This document shows, piece after piece, positions 62,251-64,000 of a stretch of DNA of 64,000 bases. A model generated the notes under the pieces. The model had not been told where the DNA came from and did no database searches. It saw only the letters and a list, made by a program, of their open reading frames with translations. A program made the position numbers and the translations under genes. Positions within the stretch are counted from its first letter, which is position 1, and each line of letters opens with the position of its first letter. This stretch comes from Eledone cirrhosa (taxonomy: Eukaryota): positions 260,090,001 to 260,154,000 of the forward strand of contig OZ024743.1 in NCBI GenBank assembly GCA_964016885.1, given 5' to 3'.

Positions 62251-64000
62251 CTCCAGGCATCATTTACTACCAAATGGAGATAAAAGTTAGAAAAAACAAA
62301 ACAACAAAAAAAAAACAATTTCACCCCTGAAACTATTAACTCATGACATTTTACTTGAACGTTTTCATTTAAAAAGCTGAATTAAGAGGAATGTAATTAA
62401 ATGTGATAAAAGCCTTTTATATAGACGCTAATCAATACAGAAGCAGTAGTTTATTTGCAGTAAGCTTCTTAAGATATTAGTTTCATGACAGACATATCAA
62501 ACAATAATACATTAAATCAAATATATTTTTATCTGGTAAACTCCTCTAGCTAAATTATGAGAAACAAAAAAAAAAAAGTCAAATTCACAGTTAAATATTT
62601 AAACCCTTTTGTAACCATATTTCTAATGAAATACACTATATTTCAATTAATTAGTGAACAATTTGGAAACTGGCATTGGTCTGCATTGTAAAAAGTCAAA
62701 TCAATAATTTCTTTCCTGATAGTAACATTGGAATTTTCTTCTTGTTTTACACAGACTTGTTCAATCTGTTGTCACAAAATACAATAAACAGGAAAAAAAT
62801 GATATACAAGCATCGCTGTGTGGTTAAGAAGTTTTTTTCTGTAACCATATGCTTTGGAGTTCAGTTCATCTACTGTGGAACATTGACTGAATAACCTTCT
62901 AGTATTGACTAAGATTGATTAATGACACAGAAATTGTGCAGAAGCCTATTGTATCTATAGATGTGAGTGCATATTTATGTTAGTCTCCATCTCTTTACAT
63001 TAACACTACTTAAAAAACGATGCTGTCTGTTATGTCCCATAACTTAAGAGTTTGACTAAAATATGTATTGGAGCTGATAAGACTGACTCAACCATTCAAA
63101 ATACCCCAGCATGGCCACAGTTCAATAACTGAAATCAATAAAAGAAAAAGAAAATCATTGTTCTTTGATAAAGATCATCTACAAAGTGAAGGCATAGTGG
63201 CTAGGGTGTTGGGCTCACAAGCATAAGGTTGTGGGTTGATTCCTGGACCAGTAGACATATTGTGCTCTGAACAAGATACTTCATATGTTGCTTTTCATAA
63301 TAGAACTGGGTCCCCTATCTCTAAATCACCTTAAAAACCTCCTGCGAGATGCAACCTCATATAAGGCGAGCTAAACTTGCATAGACATAAAATTTCATTT
63401 TTAAAGGGTTCTCTGTAAAAATGTTGGAATATATTATTTATTATGGCAGCATAAATAGCACAAAATATTTTTACATTATCAATTTTTTACTGTTTTTCTT
63501 TTTCTTTATTATTTGGAATAATGATTTTGCCATTTTACAGCATCACTGAGACAGGTATGGCTGAGTGGTAAAGAAGTCCACTTCATAACAGCATTGTTTT
63601 GGGTCCAATCCCACTGAGCAGTCTCTGGGGCAAGTGACTTGATTTGACCAATGACTTATGAGTAGAATTTGGTAAAAAGAAACTTCAGAAGCCCAGTTGT
63701 GTGTAATCATCATCATCATCGTTTAACATCTATCTTCCACGCTAGCATGGGTTTAGACGGGAATTGTCCCACTTGAGGCAAGATTGGTTGTCTCGGTCAT
63801 ATAGGACTGTCTGGCAGGTTTTCTACAGCTGGATGCCCTTCCTAACACCAACCACGTTTACAGGGAAGTTTTTACCGTGTTACCTACACGGCCACATTAC
63901 AGCGTGGACTGTGTGTTTTTTTTGTTGACACCAACACCTCATTTATTTAGGACTGGATATTGTGGTACCAACTTAACAGAGAAAGGGGTGGTGTTGATGG

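Noticed and set aside
60750-64000. First coding exon of HSD17B12
   Set aside because: No exon encoding the N-terminal membrane anchor and ending in the expected 'G.WA' with a phase-1 donor was found; presumed beyond the window.

Overview
AT-rich eukaryotic genomic DNA with spliced genes, very long microsatellites and many SINE/LINE relics. The repeat landscape looks like an octopus or other coleoid cephalopod, which is my inference. Two convergent genes, both missing their 5' ends, can be assembled from small exons that the ORF track largely misses. (1) On the + strand, exons 3599-3753, 8029-8165, 11386-11508 and 12795-19519 splice in frame (7140 nt, 2379 aa in the window). The protein has a Notch-ligand-type head (C2/MNNL-like fragment, complete six-Cys DSL domain, one Ca-binding EGF). 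This is followed by about 77 indel-free acidic decapeptide repeats ([10 protein letters not shown]), a duplicated Thr/Ser mucin-like stalk and a strongly basic, aromatic tail with no transmembrane helix. This 'DSL-mucin' is the most unusual item in the window. (2) On the - strand is a nine-exon HSD17B12/KAR-like 3-ketoacyl-CoA reductase (60749 to 41625). Mobile DNA includes a nearly intact CR1/L2-type LINE with a G_GGA_AAC slippery site at its ORF1/ORF2 junction, a Penelope-like element and several minimal hammerhead-ribozyme motifs. There are also an Hsmar2-like mariner deletion derivative, RTE, CRE-like, Tx1-like and Tigger relics, a 446-bp inverted duplication, microsatellite-centred foldbacks and a 4.9-kb GATATTACT(GTT)n(GGT)n satellite. 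All calls come from manual reading; no searches were run.
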